This document shows positions 39,461 to 48,954 of a DNA stretch of 64,000 nt, piece after piece. Numbering within the stretch: the first letter of the stretch is position 1; every line of letters starts with the position of its first letter. The notes under the pieces were generated by a model. It made no database searches, was not told the DNA's origin, and saw only the letters and a program-made list of their open reading frames with translations. The translations under genes and the position numbers were made by a program. The DNA is from Saprospiraceae bacterium (GTDB lineage: Bacteria > Bacteroidota > Bacteroidia > Chitinophagales > Saprospiraceae), in contig JAHDDR010000001.1 in assembly GCA_020629255.1 (NCBI GenBank), positions 8,924-72,923 of the forward strand. The letters are read 5' to 3'.

Positions 39461-40226
39461 CTTGTTTGTCTTTTTTAATGGATTTTAATAATCCTTCATT
39501 TCGTATAATATTTGAATTTATTGCTTGGATATTCGGATTTTCCAGAATGAAATTGGTGTATTCCATCCATGTCTTATCCATACCCATTTTTTCTACTACT
39601 GCTTTTATCAATTGATAATCTTTAGGTTCATCAACTGTCATCCTTACGTGTTCGTAGTCGTAACCTTCATCAAAATTATCTGACTGGAACAAGGTTCCTC
39701 CTTTGAAGGTTGAATTTCTCCACAAATAAGGTGTTACATGTTCCCTATCTGATAATGCTGTTGATTCGTTCCATGCTTTTTCTAAAGCTTCGAACTTAAA
39801 CACTTCTACATCCTGTCCATCCGGATAAGTGGGGTTCAAAACATTCGAACCATAATCTAATTGGTTATCCACTACAAATCGGATAACCTTATCTACTAGT
39901 GTTGCATCCAATAATGGGCAATCTGATGTTACCCTAACTACATAATCTGGCTCTTCGTTTTTGACAGCTTGATAGAAACGATCCAAAACATCATTTTCGG
40001 AACCTCTATAACAAGAAATCCTTTTTGTTGTTGCATAGGCTTCTATTTCAGCATCCTCGGGGTTGGTTGTCGTAGCTATTATAAGTTTGGAAATACATTC
40101 CGATTTTTGTACTCTTATAAGATGTAAATCCAACAACGTATGATTACCTATCTTTTTAAATATTTTTTGAGGCAATCTCGTTGACCCTAGCCTTGCTTGT
40201 GTTACTGCTATTATTTTCATGACCAA
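39453..40226 (-). CDS. SpsF-like cytidylyltransferase-domain protein (candidate CMP-nonulosonate synthetase)
   Basis: 257 aa. The N-terminus KIIAVTQARLGSTRLPQKI and VRVTSDCPLLD fit the CTP_transf_3/SpsF pattern. No canonical PseF-type gene is visible in the operon. Confidence 0.65.
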   Translation of the reverse strand: MVMKIIAVTQARLGSTRLPQKIFKKIGNHTLLDLHLIRVQKSECISKLIIATTTNPEDAEIEAYATTKRISCYRGSENDVLDRFYQAVKNEEPDYVVRVTSDCPLLDATLVDKVIRFVVDNQLDYGSNVLNPTYPDGQDVEVFKFEALEKAWNESTALSDREHVTPYLWRNSTFKGGTLFQSDNFDEGYDYEHVRMTVDEPKDYQLIKAVVEKMGMDKTWMEYTNFILENPNIQAINSNIIRNEGLLKSIKKDKQDG

Positions 40227-41086
40227 TTTGACGGATTTAACAAATCAATTTCATCTACATGGATGGAATCGATTTCTTTTTGGATTTTTTTATCCAATGG
40301 TTGTGCTATTGCATTTATATTTTGAAGAAATTGTTTTTTGTTATCCACCCCTATAAGTATCCCATCAATACAAGGATTCGCTAATACATATTTTAAGGCA
40401 AGATCTGCCATCGGAATATCGTGTTTTTGGGTTATAGATTTTATTTTTTCTAAATTTTTAGATAGGGGTTTTAATTTTTCGGGGAGGTTGCTTATTTGTT
40501 TAAAAAACAAGCCTTGTAAAAACACAGAACGAACATGTATTATTTTTCCTTTTTCCTTTGCTTCTTCCAGCAAGGTTCCCCGTTGAGTATTATTGTCGAG
40601 TAAATTATACGGTAATTGGATAACGTCAATACTATCGTTTTTTAATACTTCTTCAAATTGTTCGTTGGTATAAATGGAAACTCCTATGTTTTTTATTTTC
40701 CCTTTGCTTTTTTGGTTTTCCAGTTGATTAATCAGGTGTTTATATTTTATATAATCGTTGAATGAATGAAACAAATATGCCCAAATATTCCGAGTGCCTA
40801 TCCTCTCTAGTGTCTTATTGATTAGTGATTCTATATTTTGTATTCTTTCTTCGTTTGATTTAAACTTTGTTATGATATCAAAATATCGATTATTCTTTTG
40901 ATGATAATCACCAATAATATCAGATGCATTCCCATAGGCATCTGCTGTATCCAGCAAAGTAAGACCTTCTGCATGAGCTACATCTAAAATTTGATGGACC
41001 TCTTTTTTTTGAACTTTACCCTTCGGGTTATTAATTCCATAATCCAATCCGAACTGAACTGTTCCTAAAATAATTTTATCAATCAT
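40217..41086 (-). CDS. Aldo/keto reductase
   Basis: 289 aa. Shows ILGTVQFGLDYGI, LDTADAYGNAS and IQLPYNLLD. Confidence 0.8.
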   Translation of the reverse strand: MIDKIILGTVQFGLDYGINNPKGKVQKKEVHQILDVAHAEGLTLLDTADAYGNASDIIGDYHQKNNRYFDIITKFKSNEERIQNIESLINKTLERIGTRNIWAYLFHSFNDYIKYKHLINQLENQKSKGKIKNIGVSIYTNEQFEEVLKNDSIDVIQLPYNLLDNNTQRGTLLEEAKEKGKIIHVRSVFLQGLFFKQISNLPEKLKPLSKNLEKIKSITQKHDIPMADLALKYVLANPCIDGILIGVDNKKQFLQNINAIAQPLDKKIQKEIDSIHVDEIDLLNPSNWS

Positions 41087-41089
41087 TTC

Positions 41090-42238
41090 CTATTTGGCAA
41101 ATGCCAGTACTTGTTCTATTACGTATTGTTGTTCTTCATCTGTCAAGCTGGGGTACATGGGCAAACTGATGCATTTTTCATAGTATGCTTCAGCATTGGG
41201 CATGCTTCCTTTTTTATACCCTTGGGAATTATAATAACCTAATGTATGTACTGGGATATAATGTATCTGGGCATAGATGTTCTTCTCTCTCAGCTTTTGA
41301 TACAATTCTTTCCGATTATCGATCTGCACAACATACAAATGATATGCATGCCCTATTTGAGTAGGAGGTATAATGGTTTTCACTTTTGTCCCCTCAAAGA
41401 CTTGATCATATCTACTTGCGATGGATCTTCTTCTTGCTAATCCTTGATCTGCTTTATCCAATTGTGTAATCCCCAATGCACATTGAAAATCGGTTAACCG
41501 ATAATTATATCCTAAAGTAACCATATCATAAGCCCAACCTCCTTTTTCCTCCATGATCTCATTATTTTTCACAATGCCATGCGTTCTCAAGGCCATGAGT
41601 TTATCATACAAATCCTTATTATTCGTGGTAATCATTCCTCCTTCTCCACAAGCAATGTGCTTTACTGGATGAAAGGAGAATACGGTGAGGTCGGAATAGG
41701 TTCCATCTCCTGAAAGAATTTTATCGCCTTTGCTATTTATAAAAGATGCCCCCGGAGCATGGCAAGCATCTTCAACAATCCAAAGATCATATTCATCAGC
41801 CAATTTTCTGAATTCTTCAGTATTTACAGGATAGCCTGCAAAATCGACTGGAATTATTCCTTGGTAGGTACCTTTTGGTGAAGCTTCTAAAAGTTCTCTT
41901 ACTTTATCTATATCCAAAAGGATATTTTCAGGATCAATATCAGCAAAAACAACTTCTCCTCCGCAATATCTGACACAGTTCGCAGATGCCGCAAAAGTGA
42001 TGGGTGTTGTTATGACTTTGCTTCCTTTATTTACACCTAAAGCCAGTGCACATAAATGAAGGGCTGCTGTGCCATTAGAAATAGCTACAGCATATTTTGA
42101 ATTCACATATTTTGCAAATAACGTTTCGAATTCTGCAACTTTCGGACCTGTTGTCAAGTAGTCCGATTTCAAAATTTCAACTACAGCATCTATATCTTTT
42201 TGATCGATATTCTGCCTACCATAAGGTATTGCTTTCAT
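41090..42238 (-). CDS. pseC: UDP-4-amino-4,6-dideoxy-N-acetyl-beta-L-altrosamine transaminase
   Basis: 382 aa. Shows MKAIPYGRQNIDQKDIDAVVEILKSDYLTTGPKVAEFE and FSFHPVKHIACGEGG (PLP lysine). Confidence 0.85.
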   Translation of the reverse strand: MKAIPYGRQNIDQKDIDAVVEILKSDYLTTGPKVAEFETLFAKYVNSKYAVAISNGTAALHLCALALGVNKGSKVITTPITFAASANCVRYCGGEVVFADIDPENILLDIDKVRELLEASPKGTYQGIIPVDFAGYPVNTEEFRKLADEYDLWIVEDACHAPGASFINSKGDKILSGDGTYSDLTVFSFHPVKHIACGEGGMITTNNKDLYDKLMALRTHGIVKNNEIMEEKGGWAYDMVTLGYNYRLTDFQCALGITQLDKADQGLARRRSIASRYDQVFEGTKVKTIIPPTQIGHAYHLYVVQIDNRKELYQKLREKNIYAQIHYIPVHTLGYYNSQGYKKGSMPNAEAYYEKCISLPMYPSLTDEEQQYVIEQVLAFAK

Positions 42239-42264
42239 GTTTATTCTCCTTTTTAATTAACTAT

Positions 42265-43296
42265 TCAAGTGGTTTTGGAAGTTATGGTAAAATTGGGATC
42301 AACATGTTCTTTAATCAAAATTCTAAGTTCTTCGGCTGAAAGCCATTCTGTATTATCTCCTGAATTATAACTGAAGCCAAGAGGCACTTTCTCCGCTCCA
42401 AATGCTTCAACATAATCATTGATATCCCAATTAAGAACTGAGGGCAAAATAGTATAGTATTTTCCTAAATCATATGTGTTATAGGAATCCGACGCTGTAA
42501 TCATTTCTTCATGAATTTTTTCACCTGGTCTAATTCCCACGAATCGATGTTCAATATCCGGAGCAATTGCTTTTGCTATTTCCGTAATTTTATACGAAGG
42601 GATTTTTGGGACAAACAACTCCCCTCCCCAAGCGTGGCTCAAAGCATGGAACACCATGTCTACTCCGCCATCAAGAGAAATATTGAATCGAGTCATGTTC
42701 GGATCGGTAATTGGCAAGAATCCTTCATTCCTTTTTTTGATAAAGAATGGAATTACAGAACCATTCGAACCCATCACGTTCCCATATCGGACAACAGAAA
42801 ACCTAATTGGATTCTTTCCCCTTATATTATTGGCGGCAATGAACAATTTATCCGAAGTAAGTTTTGTAGCTCCATATAAATTAATTGGAGCACAAGCTTT
42901 GTCTGTTGATAAAGCCACTACTCTTTTTACTTGTGTCTGCAAACAAGCATGAATCACATTTTCTGCTCCTCCAATATTGGTTTTTATACATTCTGAAGGA
43001 TTGTACTCTGCAATAGGAACATGCTTCATTGCCGCTGCATGGATCACATAATCTATACCATTCATGGCACGTATCATCCTTTCCTTATCTCTAACATCCC
43101 CGATAAAAAACCTTATTGCCGGATAATCCTGAACCGGATATTGTTGTGCCATTTGGAATTGTTTCTGCTCATCCCTTGAAAATATAACTACTCTCGCAAC
43201 TTTTGGAAAGTCTGAAAAAATTCTTTTTGTAAGTGCTTTTCCCAAAGATCCTGTTCCTCCTGTTATAAGAATGGATTTTCCGTTTAAGTCTAACAT
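42265..43296 (-). CDS. pseB: UDP-N-acetylglucosamine 4,6-dehydratase (inverting)
   Basis: 343 aa. Shows LNGKSILITGGTGSLGKALTKRI, IFSRDEQKQ, STDKACAPINLYGATK and VRYGNVMGSNGSVIP. Confidence 0.9.
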   Translation of the reverse strand: MLDLNGKSILITGGTGSLGKALTKRIFSDFPKVARVVIFSRDEQKQFQMAQQYPVQDYPAIRFFIGDVRDKERMIRAMNGIDYVIHAAAMKHVPIAEYNPSECIKTNIGGAENVIHACLQTQVKRVVALSTDKACAPINLYGATKLTSDKLFIAANNIRGKNPIRFSVVRYGNVMGSNGSVIPFFIKKRNEGFLPITDPNMTRFNISLDGGVDMVFHALSHAWGGELFVPKIPSYKITEIAKAIAPDIEHRFVGIRPGEKIHEEMITASDSYNTYDLGKYYTILPSVLNWDINDYVEAFGAEKVPLGFSYNSGDNTEWLSAEELRILIKEHVDPNFTITSKTT

Positions 43297-43335
43297 GTTT
43301 ATTAATTTGCTCTTTTTGAATTTATTAAAAGGTTT

Positions 43336-44529
43336 TTATATAAAAACCAATTTCACTTTCTCCCTACTACAATGACCCGACCACATAGACAAGGTGTTCG
43401 CTCCACAATCAGCTATAATGATCCAATCCTTTTCTTGTATTTCGGGCAACTCGACGTCTCTTCTTAAAAAATCTCCTGAGAAACATAGTGGTCCGCCAAT
43501 ATCATATTTTTTATTTCCCTTTTCTTTCAAATTCCCTTCCGGTGATACAACAGAAATTTGATGATAGGGTGGGTGGGTGCTATAAATTTCTCTAGGAAAT
43601 AAATCTGCCCCTACATGTATAAGTGCTATCGGGGCTTCTGTATAATCTAGAACGTATTCTACACGACTTGCTACAAATGCTGCATGTGCATGTACAAAGC
43701 GTCCGTATTCTGTAATAATTTTATAATTGAAAAAAATATTAGGGCATTTACTTTCCAACAAATTTACAAAGTCTTCCAAGCCTTGTTGGATTCCTTCTTC
43801 CATTTTAGCAGAAAATCCGCCACCTATATCTAATATTTTTATTTTATTTTTTTGACGGGCATTTATTTCTTCTGCTATCTCATAAATCCTTTTTATGGCT
43901 TCTATATGTCCCTCAAGTTTTCCGATTTCGGAACCAGCATGAACGTGTAGTGCATATACATTGTCTATAGCTAGGGCATATTTTATTATTATTTCTTTTT
44001 GATTTATCGGTATTCCAAATTTGGAACGGTTATTACTTACATTATAAATGCCCGGAGCGCCCGTATCTACCAAGGGATTTATCCGAATTCCAATTTTAAG
44101 GTTTTTTGCTTTTTTTATTCTTTCTAATTCTGAAAAACAATTTACATTTAAAAGTAATCCTTTAAAATGTTCATTACAATAATTAATTTCTTCTTGGGTT
44201 TTTACCGGAGAATCAAAAACAATTTTTTCGGCTGGACAGCCTGCTTTTTTTGCTAGCATCACTTCTTCAAAAGATGCTGCTTCCAAACCAAAACCCTTAT
44301 TTACAATATGGGAAAGTACACGCGGCTCGTTCTGTGTCTTAATGGCTATTGCATGTAGTGCATTATCTGGAAAAAGTTCTTTTAGATGGGAGAGTCTATT
44401 ATTTAAAATATTTTTGGAATATATATAATAGGATTTCTCTGTACTTGTTTTTTCTTTTTCAAGTATCGTTTTAAAAATTTCGGATCTCTCCTTGTTGTTA
44501 TACCTAATTAAAACTGCCTGCTTTATCAT
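43336..44529 (-). CDS. Fold-type III PLP-dependent decarboxylase (Orn/Lys/Arg/DAP decarboxylase family), substrate unknown
   Basis: 397 aa. Shows HAIAIKTQNEP (PLP lysine, compare YAVKAN), GFGLEAASFEEVMLAKKAG, LDIGGGF, ITEYGRF and GGPLCFSGDFL (conserved Cys). 26-nt overlap with the upstream CDS. Confidence 0.8.
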   Translation of the reverse strand: MIKQAVLIRYNNKERSEIFKTILEKEKTSTEKSYYIYSKNILNNRLSHLKELFPDNALHAIAIKTQNEPRVLSHIVNKGFGLEAASFEEVMLAKKAGCPAEKIVFDSPVKTQEEINYCNEHFKGLLLNVNCFSELERIKKAKNLKIGIRINPLVDTGAPGIYNVSNNRSKFGIPINQKEIIIKYALAIDNVYALHVHAGSEIGKLEGHIEAIKRIYEIAEEINARQKNKIKILDIGGGFSAKMEEGIQQGLEDFVNLLESKCPNIFFNYKIITEYGRFVHAHAAFVASRVEYVLDYTEAPIALIHVGADLFPREIYSTHPPYHQISVVSPEGNLKEKGNKKYDIGGPLCFSGDFLRRDVELPEIQEKDWIIIADCGANTLSMWSGHCSREKVKLVFI

Positions 44530-45898
44530 CTAAAATTTTCATCAACTGCCGATCCCAATCGTACCTTACGGCAATTTCTTTTTGTTGTAATTGATAGATA
44601 TTATAAGCACCAATTGCTACCCGAATAAAAGCACCGCAACTATACCTTACCGGTTGCCCTATAAATATTTTATTAAATTTCCCTATCCTTATTTCTTCGG
44701 ATGTAATTTCGGCAAAAAAATCTTTCAGTTCGTCATACTCCATGTACTCTCCGTTAGATTTTTTAACCCTAAAAGAAATAATACTCCTATTGGTTCTTTC
44801 TTGGTTCGGCATTAATTCGAGGTTATTGCTTTTTGCTATGCATTCCCGAACAATAGCATTCCAAAGATTAATTACATCGTTTGATTTTTCTCTTGGAATT
44901 TTATTGAAGCGTTCCATTTCGTCCAAACCAATTTCCCATCTTAATAAAAGTCCTTTATTTTTCTTTTTTGGAAAATATTGGGCTAATGCAGAAAATTCAT
45001 CTGTAAAATCATAATAGGAAAATATTTTATCGAAACCCTTTAAAAGATCTTTTTGCACTTGTGCCTTATTTAATTTTTCGCACATTTCATTGGGCACTAA
45101 CATAACACCACAAAACGGAGGGGCCATATAAAACTTCGAACCCGTAATCATAACCATGCACCCCATGTCAATTAATTCGTTGACAAGTTTCTTGGAGTTT
45201 CTGAACTGGCATAAATCCACGACCCACATGACATCTTTGCTCAGCTTGGGTATGATGGTCACATCATCTTCTATACCGGATTTGCTTCCAATAACCAAGG
45301 CTCCAATTACTGATTTATCAGAATGAGTTTTGATCCTCAAACTGATGTCATTTTCATTTCGGTTTACTTCTCCATTATTATTACGAGCCGTATAGCGTTT
45401 CATACTAATATCGTAACCGCTATTGATGTCTTCTCCTTTTTCTATTGCTTCGTCGAATTGGTTTCTGCCTGCGTAGTATTTCCCCAGATATGCCAACTGA
45501 CTTCCCGAACCCAATTCTTCCGGGCAAGTTAAAAGTAGTTCTATGGGTTTTTTAGGGTAGAGGATATTGGAAAACATGGCGGGCAAATACGCTAGGTCGC
45601 TTCCCGAAGGACCGAATACCAATCCGAATTTATCTTTTCCTTCGTAATTCAATAATTTTTTAATCCGATATGCCTGTTCTTTCCTGATTTCCAAAAAAGA
45701 TTCTTCATAACGGGTAAAATCTTCATTTAAGAATTTTCCTGTTATGGGATTTAATGGGGAACAGGTACAAGAGCCACGTAAAAAGATGCCTTCATACTCC
45801 ATCGGATTGATGTGATATTTATTGAATCCATCTTCTAATATATCCAACCTTTCATCGCCTCCGCTTACCACCAAATGGCTACTTGTTTCTACATTCAT
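44504..45898 (-). CDS. Uncharacterised class-V-aminotransferase-fold (fold-type I) PLP enzyme
   Basis: 464 aa. Shows VFGPSGSDLAYL, VVDLCQ (the Asp-x-x-Gln of class V enzymes) and ITGSKFYMAPPFCG. The last parallels the S-x-H-K..GP.G.G PLP-lysine motif of cysteine-desulfurase-like enzymes. No closer family recognised. Confidence 0.5.
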   Translation of the reverse strand: MNVETSSHLVVSGGDERLDILEDGFNKYHINPMEYEGIFLRGSCTCSPLNPITGKFLNEDFTRYEESFLEIRKEQAYRIKKLLNYEGKDKFGLVFGPSGSDLAYLPAMFSNILYPKKPIELLLTCPEELGSGSQLAYLGKYYAGRNQFDEAIEKGEDINSGYDISMKRYTARNNNGEVNRNENDISLRIKTHSDKSVIGALVIGSKSGIEDDVTIIPKLSKDVMWVVDLCQFRNSKKLVNELIDMGCMVMITGSKFYMAPPFCGVMLVPNEMCEKLNKAQVQKDLLKGFDKIFSYYDFTDEFSALAQYFPKKKNKGLLLRWEIGLDEMERFNKIPREKSNDVINLWNAIVRECIAKSNNLELMPNQERTNRSIISFRVKKSNGEYMEYDELKDFFAEITSEEIRIGKFNKIFIGQPVRYSCGAFIRVAIGAYNIYQLQQKEIAVRYDWDRQLMKILDDKAGSFN

Positions 45899-45907
45899 GT
45901 TTTCTCT

Positions 45908-47203
45908 TTATAATTTCCAATACTCCATTTCCTCATCTTTTCTTTTCAAATCGTAGCAATTCTTAAGATCGATGAGTATACCTTCTTCTTTGGACAATCT
46001 CTTGAAATAAGATATGTCCAAGTTTTTATATTCATTATGGGCAACCGCTACAATAATAGCATCGTAATCTTTAGAAGGTTCATCTATCAGGGTAAGGTTG
46101 TATTCATGTGCTACTTCGTTGGGCGAAGCCCAACAATCCATTACATGGACATTGATGGAGTAATCCATGAGTTCTTTTACCAAATCAACCACTTTGGAAT
46201 TCCTAATATCGGAGACATTCTCCTTGAAGGTGATTCCCTTGACCAATACTTTGCATTCACTTGGATTTTTCCCTTTTGAAATCAGCATTTGAACCAATTT
46301 CTTGACTACAAATGCGGGCATATAATCATTGATTCTCCGTCCTGCCGCAATAACTTGCGGATCGTAACCCAATTGTTTGGATTTGTGCATGAGGTAGTAC
46401 GGATCAACACCAATGCAGTGCCCTCCTACCAAGCCCGGATAAAATTTGAGGAAATTCCATTTCGTGCCTGCGGCTTTCAATACTTCTTGTGTATCAATAT
46501 TCATTTTATCGAATATAATCGCCAACTCGTTCATGAGGGAAATGTTCAAATCCCTTTGAGTATTTTCGATCACTTTTGCAGCCTCGGCTACTTTTACTGA
46601 AGAAGCCCGATGGGTTCCTGCCTTGATAATATGGGAATACACTTTATCGATTTCTTCCAAAGATTCATCATCACACCCTGATACTATTTTTAAAATAGTT
46701 GTCAATGTTCGTTCCTTATCCCCCGGATTGATCCTCTCAGGAGAATAACCGAATTTAAAATCCGAATTTCTTTTCAGCCCAGATTTTTCTTCGATAATCG
46801 GCAAACAATCATCTTCAGTACAACCGGGATATACCGTAGATTCAAAAACGACATAATCCCCTTTTTTAATGACTTGTCCTACACTACCAGATGCCTTAAG
46901 CAAAGGTGTCAAATCGGGTATTTTATGTTCATTGATATCTGTGGGTACAGCCACAACGAAAAAGTGAGCTTCCTTCATTTTTTCGATATTTGTCGTAAAT
47001 TCGATATCTGTTCCTTCAAATGCTTGAGTATCCAATTCTTTGGAAGGATCGATACCTTTTCTCATCAAATCGACCCTTTCATCATTGATATCGAAACCTA
47101 TCACACTAAAATAACGTGCAAATTCCAATGCTATCGGTAGACCAACATAACCTAAACCGACAACAGCAATTTTCTTTTTCTTATCTAATAATTCTTGATA
47201 CAT
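45908..47203 (-). CDS. UDP-N-acetylhexosamine 6-dehydrogenase (TviB/WbpO/WecC-type nucleotide-sugar dehydrogenase)
   Basis: Start set at M41 of the ORF (ATG 47203). This puts the Rossmann motif KIAVVGLGYVGLPIALEF near the N-terminus and removes an 83-nt overlap with the upstream gene. Catalytic-Cys motif GGHCIGVDP. Confidence 0.85.
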   Translation of the reverse strand: MYQELLDKKKKIAVVGLGYVGLPIALEFARYFSVIGFDINDERVDLMRKGIDPSKELDTQAFEGTDIEFTTNIEKMKEAHFFVVAVPTDINEHKIPDLTPLLKASGSVGQVIKKGDYVVFESTVYPGCTEDDCLPIIEEKSGLKRNSDFKFGYSPERINPGDKERTLTTILKIVSGCDDESLEEIDKVYSHIIKAGTHRASSVKVAEAAKVIENTQRDLNISLMNELAIIFDKMNIDTQEVLKAAGTKWNFLKFYPGLVGGHCIGVDPYYLMHKSKQLGYDPQVIAAGRRINDYMPAFVVKKLVQMLISKGKNPSECKVLVKGITFKENVSDIRNSKVVDLVKELMDYSINVHVMDCWASPNEVAHEYNLTLIDEPSKDYDAIIVAVAHNEYKNLDISYFKRLSKEEGILIDLKNCYDLKRKDEEMEYWKL

Positions 47204-47240
47204 CCTAAATCGGGTTATCCCTAAATTCGTTTTTGATTCT

Positions 47241-48905
47241 TTAAAATCCCCAATTGAAACTAATCCAAGCAAAGGTGTTTTTTCCTTCCATGAAACTTGG
47301 TGAATATGAATCTGTTTGATCATCCATGTCTGAAATGGACAACATCGCCTTCACATACATATCATTAAAGATTTCGTATTGTACTTCTCCTCCGAATTCT
47401 GTTTTGCTATATCTAACTTCTTCCATAAATGGAATTCCCTTAAAGCCACCAAACCCGGGGAGATGCCCATAATCGTCGGGACCTTTTCTTTGTTTGAGAT
47501 AAAAGGCTTCAATTCTTAATTTGGCCAAAGGTTTGAAATTCACCTCAATATATAATTCATCTGCATTGTCTGTTAGATAATGCCCTAGGTTATAGGAATT
47601 GTTGGCGAATGTTGTTGCTTCTAAACCATGTTTGTAAGCATAGGGGTTGGAACGTGTGTATTCGGCCACCAAACCAATATTTGATTTTGCTACATTTCGA
47701 ACTGCTGTTCCTAGCTTAAACCCTAATTCATTCCGTTGACGTTCTTTGTCGAAGAAGACCGAAAATTTCATTTCATCTATAAAGAGTGTTCCGTAAAGGT
47801 GTACATTCTTAATATTCCTGGAACTGATGTCCAAAAATAATTGACCATTCTGTCCTGCTTTGTTGGATTGGCTACTTTGTGCATGATCCACTGAACGGTA
47901 AAAGAAGAATGGAATCAAGTATGCGGGGTTGAAACTATAATCAGAGTATACGGTCGAATTACCGAAAGAAATGTGCAAGCCTTTCGTTGGTTTGAGGGTA
48001 AACATATTGGCTGCTATTGCTTTTTGCCTAAATATATACCGTGTTCCTCCGTTGGATGCTATATAGGTTCTGGTACTATCTATGACATCCGAATTGAGCC
48101 ATCCATGAATGTAATTAAATTCGAGCCATTCGATGGGTTTTACTTGGAGTTTGATTTGTGGGATGGCTGGAAAATTACCTGAAAAAATATTGGCTCCTTT
48201 ATTTGTGTTTCCCCACATGAATTGGTCTTGAATCAAACCGATGGTTCCCCAATTCCACGAATATGTAATACCTCCTCTTACCTCACTAAAATCTGTCAAA
48301 TCTTTTTCTCTATTAGGTCGATTAACTCCCACAGTTAGCGTATTGAAATAATTGGGGTCGATCAATTCTTGATTTTCAGAAACATCCCTGAAACTAAAAT
48401 AAGCCGAGAATCCTTTTCCTAAATAGGCGTTCACTTCCCCACCGTATGTTCTTCTATAGATATTGTCGGTCGCCAAGAGTTCCAGGCCTATTATCGGATT
48501 GACCGATACTTGAAATTTATCCGAACTAAAAAAGAGGGCATCCAAACGTTTTATTTCACTGGTATGGAACCATGTTTTTTTCGAGAAGAATTTTTCTTCG
48601 TTATATACAGCGTTCAATTCTTCCCGTTTGGCTTCTTTTCCAAAATCTTTTAGGAAGAAATCCAATTCTTTGCTTTGCCTTTTATTCAATTCCTCTCTTT
48701 TCCCTTCCAATTCTACGAGGCGATTTGCAATGAACCGTCGAGAATATGGCTTTATAGCCGAATTGATTTCTATTAATTTTTGAGCTGCGACTTCATCCAA
48801 AAATTCATAGATGGAATATTTGGATGTGTGTTGGTATATGTCTTGTGCATTTGTTGCACCAGCCAACAAAATCAATATCCAAATTGAAAAAATTCTAAAC
48901 ACCAT
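47241..48905 (-). CDS. wzi: Capsule-assembly Wzi-family outer-membrane protein
   Basis: Start set at M28, giving the signal peptide MVFRIFSIWILILLAGATNAQ. The N-terminal helical segment IYEFLDEVAAQKLIEINSAIKPYSRRFIANRL is like Bacteroidota Wzi proteins. The body is beta-strand rich and ends SFNWGF. Confidence 0.6.
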   Translation of the reverse strand: MVFRIFSIWILILLAGATNAQDIYQHTSKYSIYEFLDEVAAQKLIEINSAIKPYSRRFIANRLVELEGKREELNKRQSKELDFFLKDFGKEAKREELNAVYNEEKFFSKKTWFHTSEIKRLDALFFSSDKFQVSVNPIIGLELLATDNIYRRTYGGEVNAYLGKGFSAYFSFRDVSENQELIDPNYFNTLTVGVNRPNREKDLTDFSEVRGGITYSWNWGTIGLIQDQFMWGNTNKGANIFSGNFPAIPQIKLQVKPIEWLEFNYIHGWLNSDVIDSTRTYIASNGGTRYIFRQKAIAANMFTLKPTKGLHISFGNSTVYSDYSFNPAYLIPFFFYRSVDHAQSSQSNKAGQNGQLFLDISSRNIKNVHLYGTLFIDEMKFSVFFDKERQRNELGFKLGTAVRNVAKSNIGLVAEYTRSNPYAYKHGLEATTFANNSYNLGHYLTDNADELYIEVNFKPLAKLRIEAFYLKQRKGPDDYGHLPGFGGFKGIPFMEEVRYSKTEFGGEVQYEIFNDMYVKAMLSISDMDDQTDSYSPSFMEGKNTFAWISFNWGF

Positions 48906-48954
48906 ATTCCTATTTGTTAGATCAAGAGAAGATTTCCGTACACATTGCCGTTGT

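Noticed and set aside
47204-47323. 40-codon N-terminal extension of the sugar dehydrogenase ORF
   Set aside because: It would overlap the upstream Wzi-like gene by 83 nt. It would also put the Rossmann GxGxxG about 55 residues from the start. The internal ATG at 47203 gives the normal architecture.
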